Source: a virus (lineage: Duplodnaviria; Caudoviricetes). Taken from it: 56,191 nt of DNA. The notes below the pieces were generated by a model. That model was not told the DNA's origin. It searched no databases and saw only the letters and a list, made by a program, of their open reading frames with translations. The translations under genes and the position numbers were made by a program. Shown here piece by piece: positions 33,724 through 43,654 of the stretch. The DNA lies in IMG/VR virus record IMGVR_UViG_3300027987_000011, positions 1-56,191 of that record; one strand, written 5' to 3'. Positions within the stretch are counted from its first letter, which is position 1; every line of letters starts with the position of its first letter.

Positions 33724-36285
33724 CTAAGCGCCCATGACGAAGGAAGGTGTACGCCGAACGGTGCCGACCTCGGAACTGGCACCGATGGGAGTGATGCGGA
33801 ACTCCACCCTCTTAGATAGGTCAGCATCGTCGCTACTCCTCTGCGCGAAAGTGTACGTCTGCGACGTGCCCGTCACGCCGGTCCATGAACGGACGGAAAC
33901 TCCGTCGATCAGGACTTCGATGGTGAGCGTACCGACCAGGGTGAAGCCGATGGAGTCGTCCTGGGCGACCATCTGAGACTGCCCAGTACGGGACCGATGT
34001 GACCACGAGAGGACCACATCACCGGACGTTGTAGCGGGCCAAGTCTCGTAGCCTGCTCCGTCCAGTTGCACATTGCCGGGGGGGTAAGGCGCACTGGCAC
34101 GCTGCCCAACTAGGGCGGTGTGCATCTCGGCCCTATCCACCTCTTCCGACGTTCCGTCGATGTCCACGATCACCGGCCACATCTGGACGTTCGTGAAATC
34201 GTCCAGATCGTCGGGGTCCGTTAGGTCGAGCGCGCTGTTCGCGCCCGTCGCGTTGTAGTAGAAGAAGACGGGGCTGCTCGGGACGTGATAGTCGGGCACT
34301 GTGTCCAACTGGCCGCGCCACACGCCACCAATCAGGTATCGGTTCCCACCCAGGTTCGCGATGTACTGCCAGCACAGGATCTCGTTATCGACGATGCACA
34401 GGCGCTCGCCCGCCAACATCCCCGCGAACGTCACGTTGGTCAGGTCTTCGAGGTTGCCCGCACTCTCCACGACGAAGGTGATGCTCTTCATCGGGACGCC
34501 CTTCTGGGGTAGCTCGTCTTCGAGCAAGCCGACCGCGACGAAATCCTTCGCGCCGACCATCTTCTCGCGCTCCGCGCCGTGGATCGCCCGCCAGCACTCC
34601 CAGTAGTTGTCGTGGTTCGTCGTCCGACTCACGCAGGCCCACGCACGACCACCTGTCGTGTTGTGCCAGTACGGTGCCTCGAAGAGCTTCACGTAGGGGT
34701 GGGTGGAGTAGACCGCACCCGGATCGTCTGCGGGATCGTACCCTGCCACGATCAGGGCGAGTGGCCCACATGGCTCCAGATCCACGAGGTCGTCCGGGGA
34801 AGCGTAGGCGCGGGTCGAGAGATCCCACGCATCCTGAACCGCTTCGATGCGCACCTCGCCCTCGACCAGTGAGCCGTAGTCGATGCTCGCGACGCGGCAG
34901 ACCATCGCGGTCACGCCGTACTCGCTGCTCGTGATCTTGAACGGCTTGCCGGGGTGGAAGCCGTAGGTGACTCGGTTCGTCCGCAGGCGGAAGCGGTTCA
35001 GCGGAACGGAGGTCGTCCGGTTCAGGCGCTCCGCTGCCGTCTGGGCCTGCTGGTGCGTGCCCAAGCCCTTCAGCGTCACCTCGCGGCTGATGATCTCTCC
35101 GTCCATCGCCTGGATCGCTGCGAGGTTCTGCGCCTGCGCTGCGGCGTCCGTGAAGCGACGGTGGATGTCGATGAACTTCACCTTCGTCTCGTTGACGGCC
35201 TCGCCCCACGAGCCCCGCGTGAACGAGTCGATCACGCTGTTCGTCTCGTCCAGGGAGACGAGGTTGCCCACGGTGTAGTCGTTCCTGATGAGCTTGATCG
35301 TGATGAGCCCGGAGGTCGGGTCCTGATAGATCAGCCCCTCGACGTGCCGCAGGATCTCACCGATGGCGGTGTACGCTTCGCCCGTCGAGGCAAGCTGCCC
35401 GGAGTAGCCAAGGCCCTCGCTGTAGAGCGTCGCACCCACAGCCTGGAAGCTGGCGAGGTCGATGTCGTTGGGGTTCCGGCCCAGGCCCCACACAGTGTCC
35501 GTCAGGATCTCGTAGATGCACTCGGCTGCGTTGGCGACCTCGTTCCCATCCTCGTCTGTGATGACCGACAGTGCGGTCTGCCCCAGCACGTCCGGGCAGC
35601 GACGCATCACGAAGCGCCAAGGCGGCGGGGAGGGGGACTTCCCCATGTTCATCCGACGCAGCACGGCGTAGGTGAGGAGTCTGTACTGCGGCAGGATGTC
35701 CGCGCCCCAGAACGCCGCGAGGTAGTCGTTCGGACCCTGGACGTTCGAGCCCCAGTGCATATCGAACTGGCCGACGACCCCGCCGCTTTGTTCGATACCG
35801 CCCATCAGGTCGGGTGCGTTCACGGAGACGCGGGTGACGTTCCCGTCCGCTGGATAGTCGATGGGCAGCACGGGCTTCGTGAGGTCAGGCCACTTCTTCG
35901 GCTCCTCTTCTTGCTCCTCCGAAATGAACTGCTCCGTTCTGCTGAGTCGCTTTTCACCGATGAAGATGTCGATGAGTTGATCGACGGGTCCGTGGCAGAG
36001 CGTGAGCATCATCCCGCAGTAGTAGTCGTGGCCTGCCGGGACATCCTGTCTGATGATCCCCCACAACTGCGTGACTTCCTTCGAGACTTCCTTCGCGCTC
36101 ACGTCACCGAACCATGTGATGCTCGGCCCGACGACCGTGGTCCCGAAGATCACGGGTATGGCTTCGCCCTCACGAGGCTTCGGCGGGCGGAAGATGCCGG
36201 GATCAGGATGCTCTGGCTTCGGACGCAGCCACAGGTACAGCAGCGTCGTGCCGACCCACAGGGCGATGTAGATGAGCCAGTCCAT
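33724..36285 (-). CDS. Tail tip / host-specificity protein (GTA-like phage tail protein)
   Basis: EGEAIPVIFGT, LCHGPVD, IYEILTDTVWGLG, RGQLDT and APYPPGNV...LSWSHRSR motifs. Confidence 0.85.
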   Translation of the reverse strand: MDWLIYIALWVGTTLLYLWLRPKPEHPDPGIFRPPKPREGEAIPVIFGTTVVGPSITWFGDVSAKEVSKEVTQLWGIIRQDVPAGHDYYCGMMLTLCHGPVDQLIDIFIGEKRLSRTEQFISEEQEEEPKKWPDLTKPVLPIDYPADGNVTRVSVNAPDLMGGIEQSGGVVGQFDMHWGSNVQGPNDYLAAFWGADILPQYRLLTYAVLRRMNMGKSPSPPPWRFVMRRCPDVLGQTALSVITDEDGNEVANAAECIYEILTDTVWGLGRNPNDIDLASFQAVGATLYSEGLGYSGQLASTGEAYTAIGEILRHVEGLIYQDPTSGLITIKLIRNDYTVGNLVSLDETNSVIDSFTRGSWGEAVNETKVKFIDIHRRFTDAAAQAQNLAAIQAMDGEIISREVTLKGLGTHQQAQTAAERLNRTTSVPLNRFRLRTNRVTYGFHPGKPFKITSSEYGVTAMVCRVASIDYGSLVEGEVRIEAVQDAWDLSTRAYASPDDLVDLEPCGPLALIVAGYDPADDPGAVYSTHPYVKLFEAPYWHNTTGGRAWACVSRTTNHDNYWECWRAIHGAEREKMVGAKDFVAVGLLEDELPQKGVPMKSITFVVESAGNLEDLTNVTFAGMLAGERLCIVDNEILCWQYIANLGGNRYLIGGVWRGQLDTVPDYHVPSSPVFFYYNATGANSALDLTDPDDLDDFTNVQMWPVIVDIDGTSEEVDRAEMHTALVGQRASAPYPPGNVQLDGAGYETWPATTSGDVVLSWSHRSRTGQSQMVAQDDSIGFTLVGTLTIEVLIDGVSVRSWTGVTGTSQTYTFAQRSSDDADLSKRVEFRITPIGASSEVGTVRRTPSFVMGA

Positions 36286-37100
36286 CAGTTCCCCGTCAGG
36301 TCTACGAAGGGATCGCGTTCGGGGTGCAGCGGGAAGCCCCCGAAGTTCGGAATGTTGTCGAACTTGTCACGACACGTTGTGTGCTTCCGGTCGCAGCCGA
36401 CGTAGGCGGTCATCGCGTCGCTGACGGTCCAGTACGACGGGGGCGTCTGAAGAAGAGTGAACTCCTGCCCGCCGACCCAGTTGCGGTGGTCCTGAATGAA
36501 CGCCTTGAAGCCCGTGCCGTTGTGGACGAGAACGCCCGCATTGAAGTAGTCGGCCCCCAGGTTGGGGATCGTGTCCACGGTGACGATGTTGTTCACGATG
36601 GAGTAGATCGAACCCGTGTAGGCGTAGTTCGCCGGGTCGAGCGCGCAGCGTGGCCCATACAGGACGTGAGGGCACGTCCGCATGATGATGTGGCGAGGGA
36701 TCGACTTCTCCGCGCTGCCCAGGGGGCTCTGGCAGTCGAGCGTGATTTCCTCGCTCTCCAGTTCCGCGTTCGAGACACGACCCTTGAAGAGCACGATGAA
36801 GTCCGGGTCGTTCCGGTGCATCCGATAGATCGTCAGCGTCACCGGACTCGGGGTGGACCCGTTGATGAACTGGGCGCAGACCTTCAGGGTCCGGTCGAGC
36901 CGCACCTTCAGCTTCGAGGAAGCCGTATCCTCGTCTCGCTCGAACGCACCACGGCTGATCGTCTGGGGAGAGTACGTGATGCCCTGGAAGACGTGGGACA
37001 TGTCCCCTGACGTGTACGGCCAGCAGATCCCCTTCCGCTCGAAGAGGTAGAGTTCGATGGGCCGTCCCTCTGCCCCACTCTCGTATCCGCTGAAGCTCAT
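36285..37100 (-). CDS. Baseplate hub protein (DUF2163/BR0599-like)
   Basis: PIELYLF, CPHVLYGPRC and GCDRKHTTCRDKFDNIPNFGGFP motifs. Start ATG 37100. Confidence 0.9.
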   Translation of the reverse strand: MSFSGYESGAEGRPIELYLFERKGICWPYTSGDMSHVFQGITYSPQTISRGAFERDEDTASSKLKVRLDRTLKVCAQFINGSTPSPVTLTIYRMHRNDPDFIVLFKGRVSNAELESEEITLDCQSPLGSAEKSIPRHIIMRTCPHVLYGPRCALDPANYAYTGSIYSIVNNIVTVDTIPNLGADYFNAGVLVHNGTGFKAFIQDHRNWVGGQEFTLLQTPPSYWTVSDAMTAYVGCDRKHTTCRDKFDNIPNFGGFPLHPERDPFVDLTGN

Positions 37101-37789
37101 GGTACCGGGGCCTCCCTCGGGACTTCCATCCAGCCGATCCGCGCCTCGGCCAGCGAGTGCCCGAACCAGTCCAACTTCACGCTGTCTGTCTGGAGGCGAG
37201 CGAGCACGAGGAAGCTCACCATGAATTGTCCCAGTGTGTGCGTGCCGATGTTCGAGAAGAGCGTCAGGCTCTCCGTCGTGCCGTTGTCGCTCGGCGTCGG
37301 GGAGATGCCTACGGGGGTGATCGTGCCGTCGTAGTCGATGACCGCGATGTGCCGTCTCGCGTAGTGCGGCCACAGGTACCCAGAGTACCCTATGGATTCG
37401 ATGGTGAGGGCCGTGCCCGTGATGCTCGCCGTGGGCTCCAGATCGCGGTGCCACGTCGGCACCCAGACCGGGATCTGCCGCCCCCGGAACGAGCGCAGCC
37501 AGGACCGGAACTCGTTGATCGCATCCCTGCCCTCCAGCGTGACCGTCACGTCGAAGCGGGGGACGGGGGTGGCGGTGTGCGAGCGCGTCTTCTGGAGCCC
37601 TGTGACGTTCTCCAGGGTGGTCATCCCACGGATGATTCTCTCCCTGGGGTTGTCGGCCCAGTTCAGCGGCAGGTCGAACACGTTGTACCCCTTGTAGGGC
37701 GCGAGCGAGCGTTCACCGATGAGAGGATCGTTCACCTCGGTGATGAGCCGGTCGCTGGCTTCCGTGTTGAGGTACTGTGGCAGTGCCAT
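37097..37789 (-). CDS. Distal tail (Dit-like) protein, second half
   Basis: LNWAD...LRSFRGRQIPVWVPTW...LARLQTDSV pattern. Directly before the hub gene. Confidence 0.65.
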   Translation of the reverse strand: MALPQYLNTEASDRLITEVNDPLIGERSLAPYKGYNVFDLPLNWADNPRERIIRGMTTLENVTGLQKTRSHTATPVPRFDVTVTLEGRDAINEFRSWLRSFRGRQIPVWVPTWHRDLEPTASITGTALTIESIGYSGYLWPHYARRHIAVIDYDGTITPVGISPTPSDNGTTESLTLFSNIGTHTLGQFMVSFLVLARLQTDSVKLDWFGHSLAEARIGWMEVPREAPVP

Positions 37790-37790
37790 C

Positions 37791-38003
37791 CTACTTCTCG
37801 CCCTCCCTCTTCCTGACCTCGTAGTGTAGCATCATCGCCGTCTGGCCCTCCGGGTCGATGACGGGAGCGTTGTTCAGAGCGCCCATGAGAGCCATGAGAT
37901 CCTGGGACGGCCCAGACAGCAGCCCCGCGATGTTCGTGTGAATCGGTGCCTCCCCGATCAGGTCGATCACCTTCTGCTTCTGCTCCTGCGAGTCAAAGAT
38001 CAC
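37791..38003 (-). CDS. Small protein, possible fibre chaperone
   Basis: Directly follows the fibre gene. Confidence 0.5.
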   Translation of the reverse strand: MIFDSQEQKQKVIDLIGEAPIHTNIAGLLSGPSQDLMALMGALNNAPVIDPEGQTAMMLHYEVRKREGEK

Positions 38004-38015
38004 TACGCCCCCTAG

Positions 38016-38981
38016 CTAGGCGGAAAGGATGCCCTTCGTCTTCAGGTCTTCGATGAGCGTGCCCACGATGTCGGCAAGCTCGGCCACCACCACCGTGTCC
38101 GCGTCACAGGTGCGGTCGGTGCTCAGATTCGTGAACGTCGTGTAGCCAGTCTGCGGGGCACTCGGTGCCGCACCAGCGAAGCCGAAGTTCGTGCCGTCGT
38201 GATTCAGGGTCCCGGCGATCTGTATTTCACCACCGAAGTAGCTCGCGTTGTTCGCCACATAGATCGCCCAGTTGGTCGCGCCCTGGGTCTGCGCGGCGAC
38301 GTAGACGCCGTACAGTGTCGTGATCGTCGAGCCCGCACCCTTCGAGGCGTCGAGGACGTTCAGGCCGTACCCAGCAGCCATCGTGAACGCTGCTGCCGCC
38401 GTCGCCACCTGCGCCCGGAGCGCGGCACCTGCTACGGTCGCAGCGGACCCGAACGTCGCTGCGATGTCAGCACCCAACTGCGTCGTTCCAGTGAGCGCAG
38501 CCGTCCCGATGTAGAGCCCCTTGCCCGCGTCGGGAGCAGCACCGACGCCCAACAACGTGCTCCTGACAGATGCACCGAAGACAGCCGCCATGCTGGCGCG
38601 GGTGATCTTCAGGGCGGTGCCGACCGCAGCGCCCGCGTCCGTGTAAGCGACGACCTCGAAGTCGGAACCGGCGTCAGATCCCGCCTCGGCGGTGCTTTCG
38701 GCGCGCACCGACCAGCGTGCCACCCCGCCTGTCTGATAGATGACTGAGCGAAGCTGTCCAGCAGCGGTGTTCAGGTAGACGCTCAGGGGTGATGCGAGCG
38801 CATCGCCACCGAAGTCGCCGTCGCCAGCAGACGCGACGCTGGAGAACGATCCAGCACCAACGGAAGCGAGGATCTGCGAGAGCGTCATCTTCTTCGTGGT
38901 GCCACCCTGGTTCACCGCGAACTCGTCGGTGCCCGCAGGGGTCACGACTGCCGGAAGGGCACTGATTTTCACGTCAGCCAT
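38016..38981 (-). CDS. Tail fibre-like protein
   Basis: MADVKISALP...NQGGTTKK N-terminus typical of fibres. A/G-rich beta repeats. Confidence 0.7.
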   Translation of the reverse strand: MADVKISALPAVVTPAGTDEFAVNQGGTTKKMTLSQILASVGAGSFSSVASAGDGDFGGDALASPLSVYLNTAAGQLRSVIYQTGGVARWSVRAESTAEAGSDAGSDFEVVAYTDAGAAVGTALKITRASMAAVFGASVRSTLLGVGAAPDAGKGLYIGTAALTGTTQLGADIAATFGSAATVAGAALRAQVATAAAAFTMAAGYGLNVLDASKGAGSTITTLYGVYVAAQTQGATNWAIYVANNASYFGGEIQIAGTLNHDGTNFGFAGAAPSAPQTGYTTFTNLSTDRTCDADTVVVAELADIVGTLIEDLKTKGILSA

Positions 38982-41493
38982 TGTCTACGGCCTCCAGTAC
39001 AAAGGTGACTCGGAAGTCACCGATCTCGGGTGCGTCACGGTCGAAGTCCGCGCTGGGCATCATGCGTCCGATCCGGCAGGGGATGATCTGTGTTGCGTGC
39101 GCCACGAACGCCTGGGACGTGGTGCCTGTGAGTGTGATCGAGCCGTCTGAGTTGAGCGTGGCGGGGAGGAAGTCCCATGTGAACTGGTCGGTCCAGATCG
39201 CCACGTAGTCCATCTCCTCGAAGCGTCGCCCACTCGCATCGAAGTAGCCTGTTGGGATCGTGCCCGACGACGCAGCCAGATCCGTCGTGAGCGTCGCCGC
39301 GTCCATCCAGAGGGGCACGCCCCACCGGGACGGCTGTTCCTCCCAGATGAGCGCCTTCGCGGCTCCCAGTTCGCGGGAGGTCGGGAGGGTCGTGAGCCAC
39401 GAGATACGTTCGGCTGGGATGTCTCGCAGGGAGATCCGCTGCTCCGTCTCGTCGCGGGAAGTGATGACATCGGACGGATGGACCCATTCCTCTTCCACGT
39501 TGCCGTTCGGCGGGCACGGGAAGAAGACGGGGGCGGGCAGCGCATCCTCCGCGACCGGGGTGCAGGTATCGACAGTCGGCTCGACGTAGGGCGTCAGTGC
39601 GTCGCGGTTGTACGCCACCTCCAGACCGTCGTCGCGGAGTGCCTTCCACCGCAGTCCGAAGTACTGGATGAACGACGACTCCCAGGCATAGGCGAACTGC
39701 CGCCGCCAGAAGCCAGGGAAGCCACATACGGTCAGGCAAGGGAAGGTGTAGTCGATGTCCCACTGATCGCCCGCAGCCGCCTTGCGATCCAAGTAGGCTT
39801 CGGGGAGCCCCGTGTCGTACCAGCCCGCGTAGTTGATCCGCCCACGGATGCGGCTCGTCAGCAGAGACACGTCCCTCTGAATCCACAGTTCGACCTTGTA
39901 GACCGGGAAGTGCGTGTACTCCGTCAGCCAGGGACCGATGGGCTGGCCGTAGAGCGGAGTCACCCCGGCGATCACCTGCGAGTAGGCGATGAACTGATCG
40001 CCACGCACGGTCTTCGCTGGCGGGCTTCCGCTGTAGGCGTTGCAATCCTCGGAGAACTGGGCGTAGGAGTACGGCTTCGCGTAGTGCCCCCCGGAGATCC
40101 CAGTGAACGCCGCCTTCGTGCCGTAGTCGAGCCCGAACATCACCCCCGTCTCGCCACCACGAACGGAGTCGCCGTAGAACAGTCCGATGCCCCCGACCTG
40201 AAGCTCCGTGTCCGTTCCGATCCATCCGCAGTAGCAGCCGCCCGCCATCATGTAGCCTTCGATGAACGCGGAGCCGATCCGCTCTGCGTCGGGATCGACG
40301 AGCGCACCCACGGGCTGCTCGTGGTACCCAGGCCCCAGGTCAGACCAGTCACCTGCCCGCATTTCGAGGCCCAATCCATCAGCCGTGTAGGTCGCGTTGC
40401 GCTCCCACTTCTTGTACCAGCCCGTCCTGTTCTCGGGGATCTGGAAGAACGCCTCCGTGCAGTAGCCACCCCAGGTGCTCGCGTTGTCCTGAAAGCGCGC
40501 CCGGATCATGCCCATGAACCCAGGCGGCAGGTTGGAGAACGTGTAGAGAAGCTGTTCTGTGGAGTCGGTCGTCTCGACGTTCACGACGGGGTTCGACCAG
40601 TCGCCACCGAAGGGGATCATCTCCCAGTCGGTCGCCTGCCACGGACGTGAGAACGGGTGGCTGTAAGCGTCGAGTTCGGCTGTCACGTAGCTCTTGCCGA
40701 CCTCGACGATGCGGATGCGCGGGATCGCTGGCTGATCCGCGATGAAGATGCTGAAGAACGACTGATCCGCTGGGCCGTCCCCATCTCCGTCGTTCGCCCA
40801 GACCTCCACCACGTAGTCCCCGACCGCGAGCGAAGTGGTGTCCCACGAGTAGGTGAGGCCAGCCTGCGGCCCGAATAGGCTCGTCCACGAGGTGGCACCG
40901 ACAGCCTGATAGCGACCGTAGTAGACGAGCGAGTCCATGTCCGGGTCGGTCGCCGCGTTCCACTCCAGTGAGTTCGTGGTCTTCTGCCACTTCTCTCCCT
41001 CGTAGGGCGACGTGATCTCGGGCTCGGTCGGGATGCCGTTGTGGATCGTGAACGTCAGCGTGTTCTTCGACGACGAAGCTCCACCCACCGGGGTCTGCGC
41101 CCACAACTCGAAGTTGTAGGTCCCGTCCGTGAGGCCGCTGATGTCGTAGTTGTACTGGTCGGTGCCAGAGCGGGCCGTGAAGATGTCCGTCCACACGGTG
41201 TCTGTGGTCAGCTTCAGGCGTGCGTAGTAGACCGGCGTCTCGCCCAGCGGGTCGGTGGACTCGCCATACAGGATCGCGAGGTTCGAGGAGTACGTGCCGC
41301 TCTGGACGGGGTTGTAGAGCGGTGGCCTCGACGGGATCGGCTCGGTGACGAGCACGTTCCGGCCCAGCAGCGTGACGCGAAGCGCGGCATCGGCGTTGAG
41401 CGCAACGTCACGACCGGCCTGGGTGACGCGAAGCTCTTCGGTGTCCTGTACCGCAGCCTGACGACCGGCCTGGGTGACGCGGAGATTCGCCAT
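38974..41493 (-). CDS. Large Dit-like tail protein with N-terminal LRVTQ repeats and Ig/FN3-like domains
   Basis: Three 17-aa-period LRVTxxGR repeats, FN3-like segments (LEWNAATDPD...LTYSWDT) and C-terminal SDVITS...EQRISLR. Confidence 0.7.
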   Translation of the reverse strand: MANLRVTQAGRQAAVQDTEELRVTQAGRDVALNADAALRVTLLGRNVLVTEPIPSRPPLYNPVQSGTYSSNLAILYGESTDPLGETPVYYARLKLTTDTVWTDIFTARSGTDQYNYDISGLTDGTYNFELWAQTPVGGASSSKNTLTFTIHNGIPTEPEITSPYEGEKWQKTTNSLEWNAATDPDMDSLVYYGRYQAVGATSWTSLFGPQAGLTYSWDTTSLAVGDYVVEVWANDGDGDGPADQSFFSIFIADQPAIPRIRIVEVGKSYVTAELDAYSHPFSRPWQATDWEMIPFGGDWSNPVVNVETTDSTEQLLYTFSNLPPGFMGMIRARFQDNASTWGGYCTEAFFQIPENRTGWYKKWERNATYTADGLGLEMRAGDWSDLGPGYHEQPVGALVDPDAERIGSAFIEGYMMAGGCYCGWIGTDTELQVGGIGLFYGDSVRGGETGVMFGLDYGTKAAFTGISGGHYAKPYSYAQFSEDCNAYSGSPPAKTVRGDQFIAYSQVIAGVTPLYGQPIGPWLTEYTHFPVYKVELWIQRDVSLLTSRIRGRINYAGWYDTGLPEAYLDRKAAAGDQWDIDYTFPCLTVCGFPGFWRRQFAYAWESSFIQYFGLRWKALRDDGLEVAYNRDALTPYVEPTVDTCTPVAEDALPAPVFFPCPPNGNVEEEWVHPSDVITSRDETEQRISLRDIPAERISWLTTLPTSRELGAAKALIWEEQPSRWGVPLWMDAATLTTDLAASSGTIPTGYFDASGRRFEEMDYVAIWTDQFTWDFLPATLNSDGSITLTGTTSQAFVAHATQIIPCRIGRMMPSADFDRDAPEIGDFRVTFVLEAVDNG

Positions 41494-42581
41494 TACAGCT
41501 TCTCCACCACCGTCAGGGCGGCGTTCGCGTCAGTCGGGTCCCACGCAGCGGCAGTGTCCGGGTCCGTCTCGTAGATGTCGCTTCTCACGCCCTCGTAGGA
41601 AGACGAGAGCACGCCGAACGACTTCAGGTCCACCGTGGTGCCCGACTTGACGCCGATTTTGCCGGTCGCCGGGAGCCCGTCCGTCGCGGAGCCCACGATG
41701 CCCAATGCCTGGATCGCGGACGGGGGGTTCGCGGTCGAGAGCCCCTGGTCGGAGTGCGCGAACGAGTCGCGGTCGGTCGAGGTCGATGACGAGTTGTACG
41801 TGCTCCCGCCGTCGTTGCCCACGTCGTCCACGTTCTGGTGGTTCGATCCGGTCGAGGGGGTGAAGTCCGCGTCGTCGCCAGCCGTGTCACAGGGTTGGTA
41901 GTAGCACCCGGAGATGCCCATGAGCGTCGCGTCGTCACGGATGTAGATGTCCGTGATCCGGGCGAGCGGGTCCCAGTCGCTCGTGGCGTGTGCGAAGTTC
42001 GGGAGGAACCACACGCTGTCCATGTCGTCGGTGACGGTCGCGTACTTCGTGTCGATGCCCGTGGTCGAGCCATCGGACCCGCCATCCACGTAGAAGTGGA
42101 CCTCGCCGCCCGTGCCGTCAGCGAAGACGATGGTGACTTCGCAATAGAACCACTGCTGCTCGGGGACAGCGTTGTTGCTCGCGGCCACAACGCTCGACGT
42201 GGTGGACCCTGACGAGTCGATGGAGTAGACCAGCTTCCCGTCCGACGCCCTGATGCCCAGGATGCCCTGGTACCCGTAGCGCGTCTCACCGAACGCGACG
42301 AGGCCCTGGCCCTGATTGATGTCGTCGATCCAGAGCCGCATCCCGATGGTGAGCGTGCAGGTGCCGCCGCCGCCGAACGGCTTCGCGCTGCCGGGGATGC
42401 GTGGGATGATGTTCTGCTGCGCCCCGGTGATGTAGCACTTCCGCCCCTTCGTGCCGTTCTCCAACTCGGTCACGGTCAGGGAGGCGTACTGCTGCCAGTT
42501 CACGTCGAGATCGTCGCCCACGCCGTGGCTGTGAGACGCCGCGCTGGCGTATCCGAACCCGTCCATGAAGATGAGTGCCAT
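41493..42581 (-). CDS. LamG/ConA-like minor tail protein, paralog 3
   Basis: MALIFMDGF start, WFYCEV and ETDPDTAAAW motifs. ATG 42581. Confidence 0.75.
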   Translation of the reverse strand: MALIFMDGFGYASAASHSHGVGDDLDVNWQQYASLTVTELENGTKGRKCYITGAQQNIIPRIPGSAKPFGGGGTCTLTIGMRLWIDDINQGQGLVAFGETRYGYQGILGIRASDGKLVYSIDSSGSTTSSVVAASNNAVPEQQWFYCEVTIVFADGTGGEVHFYVDGGSDGSTTGIDTKYATVTDDMDSVWFLPNFAHATSDWDPLARITDIYIRDDATLMGISGCYYQPCDTAGDDADFTPSTGSNHQNVDDVGNDGGSTYNSSSTSTDRDSFAHSDQGLSTANPPSAIQALGIVGSATDGLPATGKIGVKSGTTVDLKSFGVLSSSYEGVRSDIYETDPDTAAAWDPTDANAALTVVEKL

Positions 42582-42583
42582 GA

Positions 42584-43654
42584 CTACGCCGAGTGGTTGT
42601 AGACCGTCTCGGCGGCGTCGGCAGCAGCCGCGCTCGCCCAGGCAGATCCGGTGTCGGGGTCGAGTTCGTACAGCTTCCCCTGCACGCCCACGTAGGACGT
42701 GGAGGAGACGGAGACGGCGGTGTCCAGATCCTCGGTGGGGGTCCCGGCAGGGTCGCTCAGGATGCCCACTTGGAAGTTCTCTGCGGTCGATTCCGCACGG
42801 ACCATGCACATCGGCTGGATGCAGAGCGGAGCGGCTGGTAGCGCGTCGCTGTGCGCGATCTGATCCTTCGTGCCTGTCGCGGTCGAGTAGTTGTAGCTGG
42901 TGTCCCCATCCGACCCGATCTCATCGACCTCGCCCTCGTTCGTCGTGCCGACTCCGGGTGTCCACGCGGACGACGAACCCGCCGTGTCCGCAGCCTGATA
43001 CCAGACCTCCATCGGCCCGTGGACGGTCGCGTCGTCCACGTACAGGTCCGCGAATCTCCAGTTGTCGGGGATCTCGCCCAGGGAGCCCTGATGGAAGCGC
43101 AGATAGTCCACGTCGGCGGTGCCACCGATCAGTGTGTCCACGCTCGAACCTGAGCCCGCATCATCTCCATCGACGTAGAAGTTGTAGCTCCCCGTCGTGT
43201 CGTTCAGCGTGATCTTCAGTTCGAGGTAGTTCCACCGCCCGAAGATGATCCGCTTCGTGCCCCGGAAGAGGACGTTGCCCTCATCGTAGAAGCCGCTGTT
43301 GTCGAGCAGGCAGGGGTACCCATACCCGTCGATGCCGAAGTTGAACAGCAGGTTGTCGGACGAGTCACGCCCCCCGATGAGTCCCTTCGTGTCGAAGTTG
43401 TTCGACCCCGGCGCGTAGAACCGGAACCCGATGACGATGGTCGCGCCCGCACCTCCGAAGCTCGGGGTGCGGAGGTTGGGCGTCGAAGAGAACTCCACGT
43501 ACCCGCGTCGCCCGATGGTGCCGCTCGTGATCTGCGTGACCGTGAAGTTGCCCGACCACGAGTTCCAGCCGTTCAGGTAGGGGTCCGCTCCGCTCGCGTT
43601 GGTGTGCGAACCGGCTGCGTAGCCACCGAACCCTTCGAGGAATAGGAGACTCAT
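42584..43654 (-). CDS. LamG/ConA-like minor tail protein, paralog 2
   Basis: MSLLFLEGF start, WNYLELK and ELDPDTGSAW motifs. Confidence 0.75.
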   Translation of the reverse strand: MSLLFLEGFGGYAAGSHTNASGADPYLNGWNSWSGNFTVTQITSGTIGRRGYVEFSSTPNLRTPSFGGAGATIVIGFRFYAPGSNNFDTKGLIGGRDSSDNLLFNFGIDGYGYPCLLDNSGFYDEGNVLFRGTKRIIFGRWNYLELKITLNDTTGSYNFYVDGDDAGSGSSVDTLIGGTADVDYLRFHQGSLGEIPDNWRFADLYVDDATVHGPMEVWYQAADTAGSSSAWTPGVGTTNEGEVDEIGSDGDTSYNYSTATGTKDQIAHSDALPAAPLCIQPMCMVRAESTAENFQVGILSDPAGTPTEDLDTAVSVSSTSYVGVQGKLYELDPDTGSAWASAAAADAAETVYNHSA

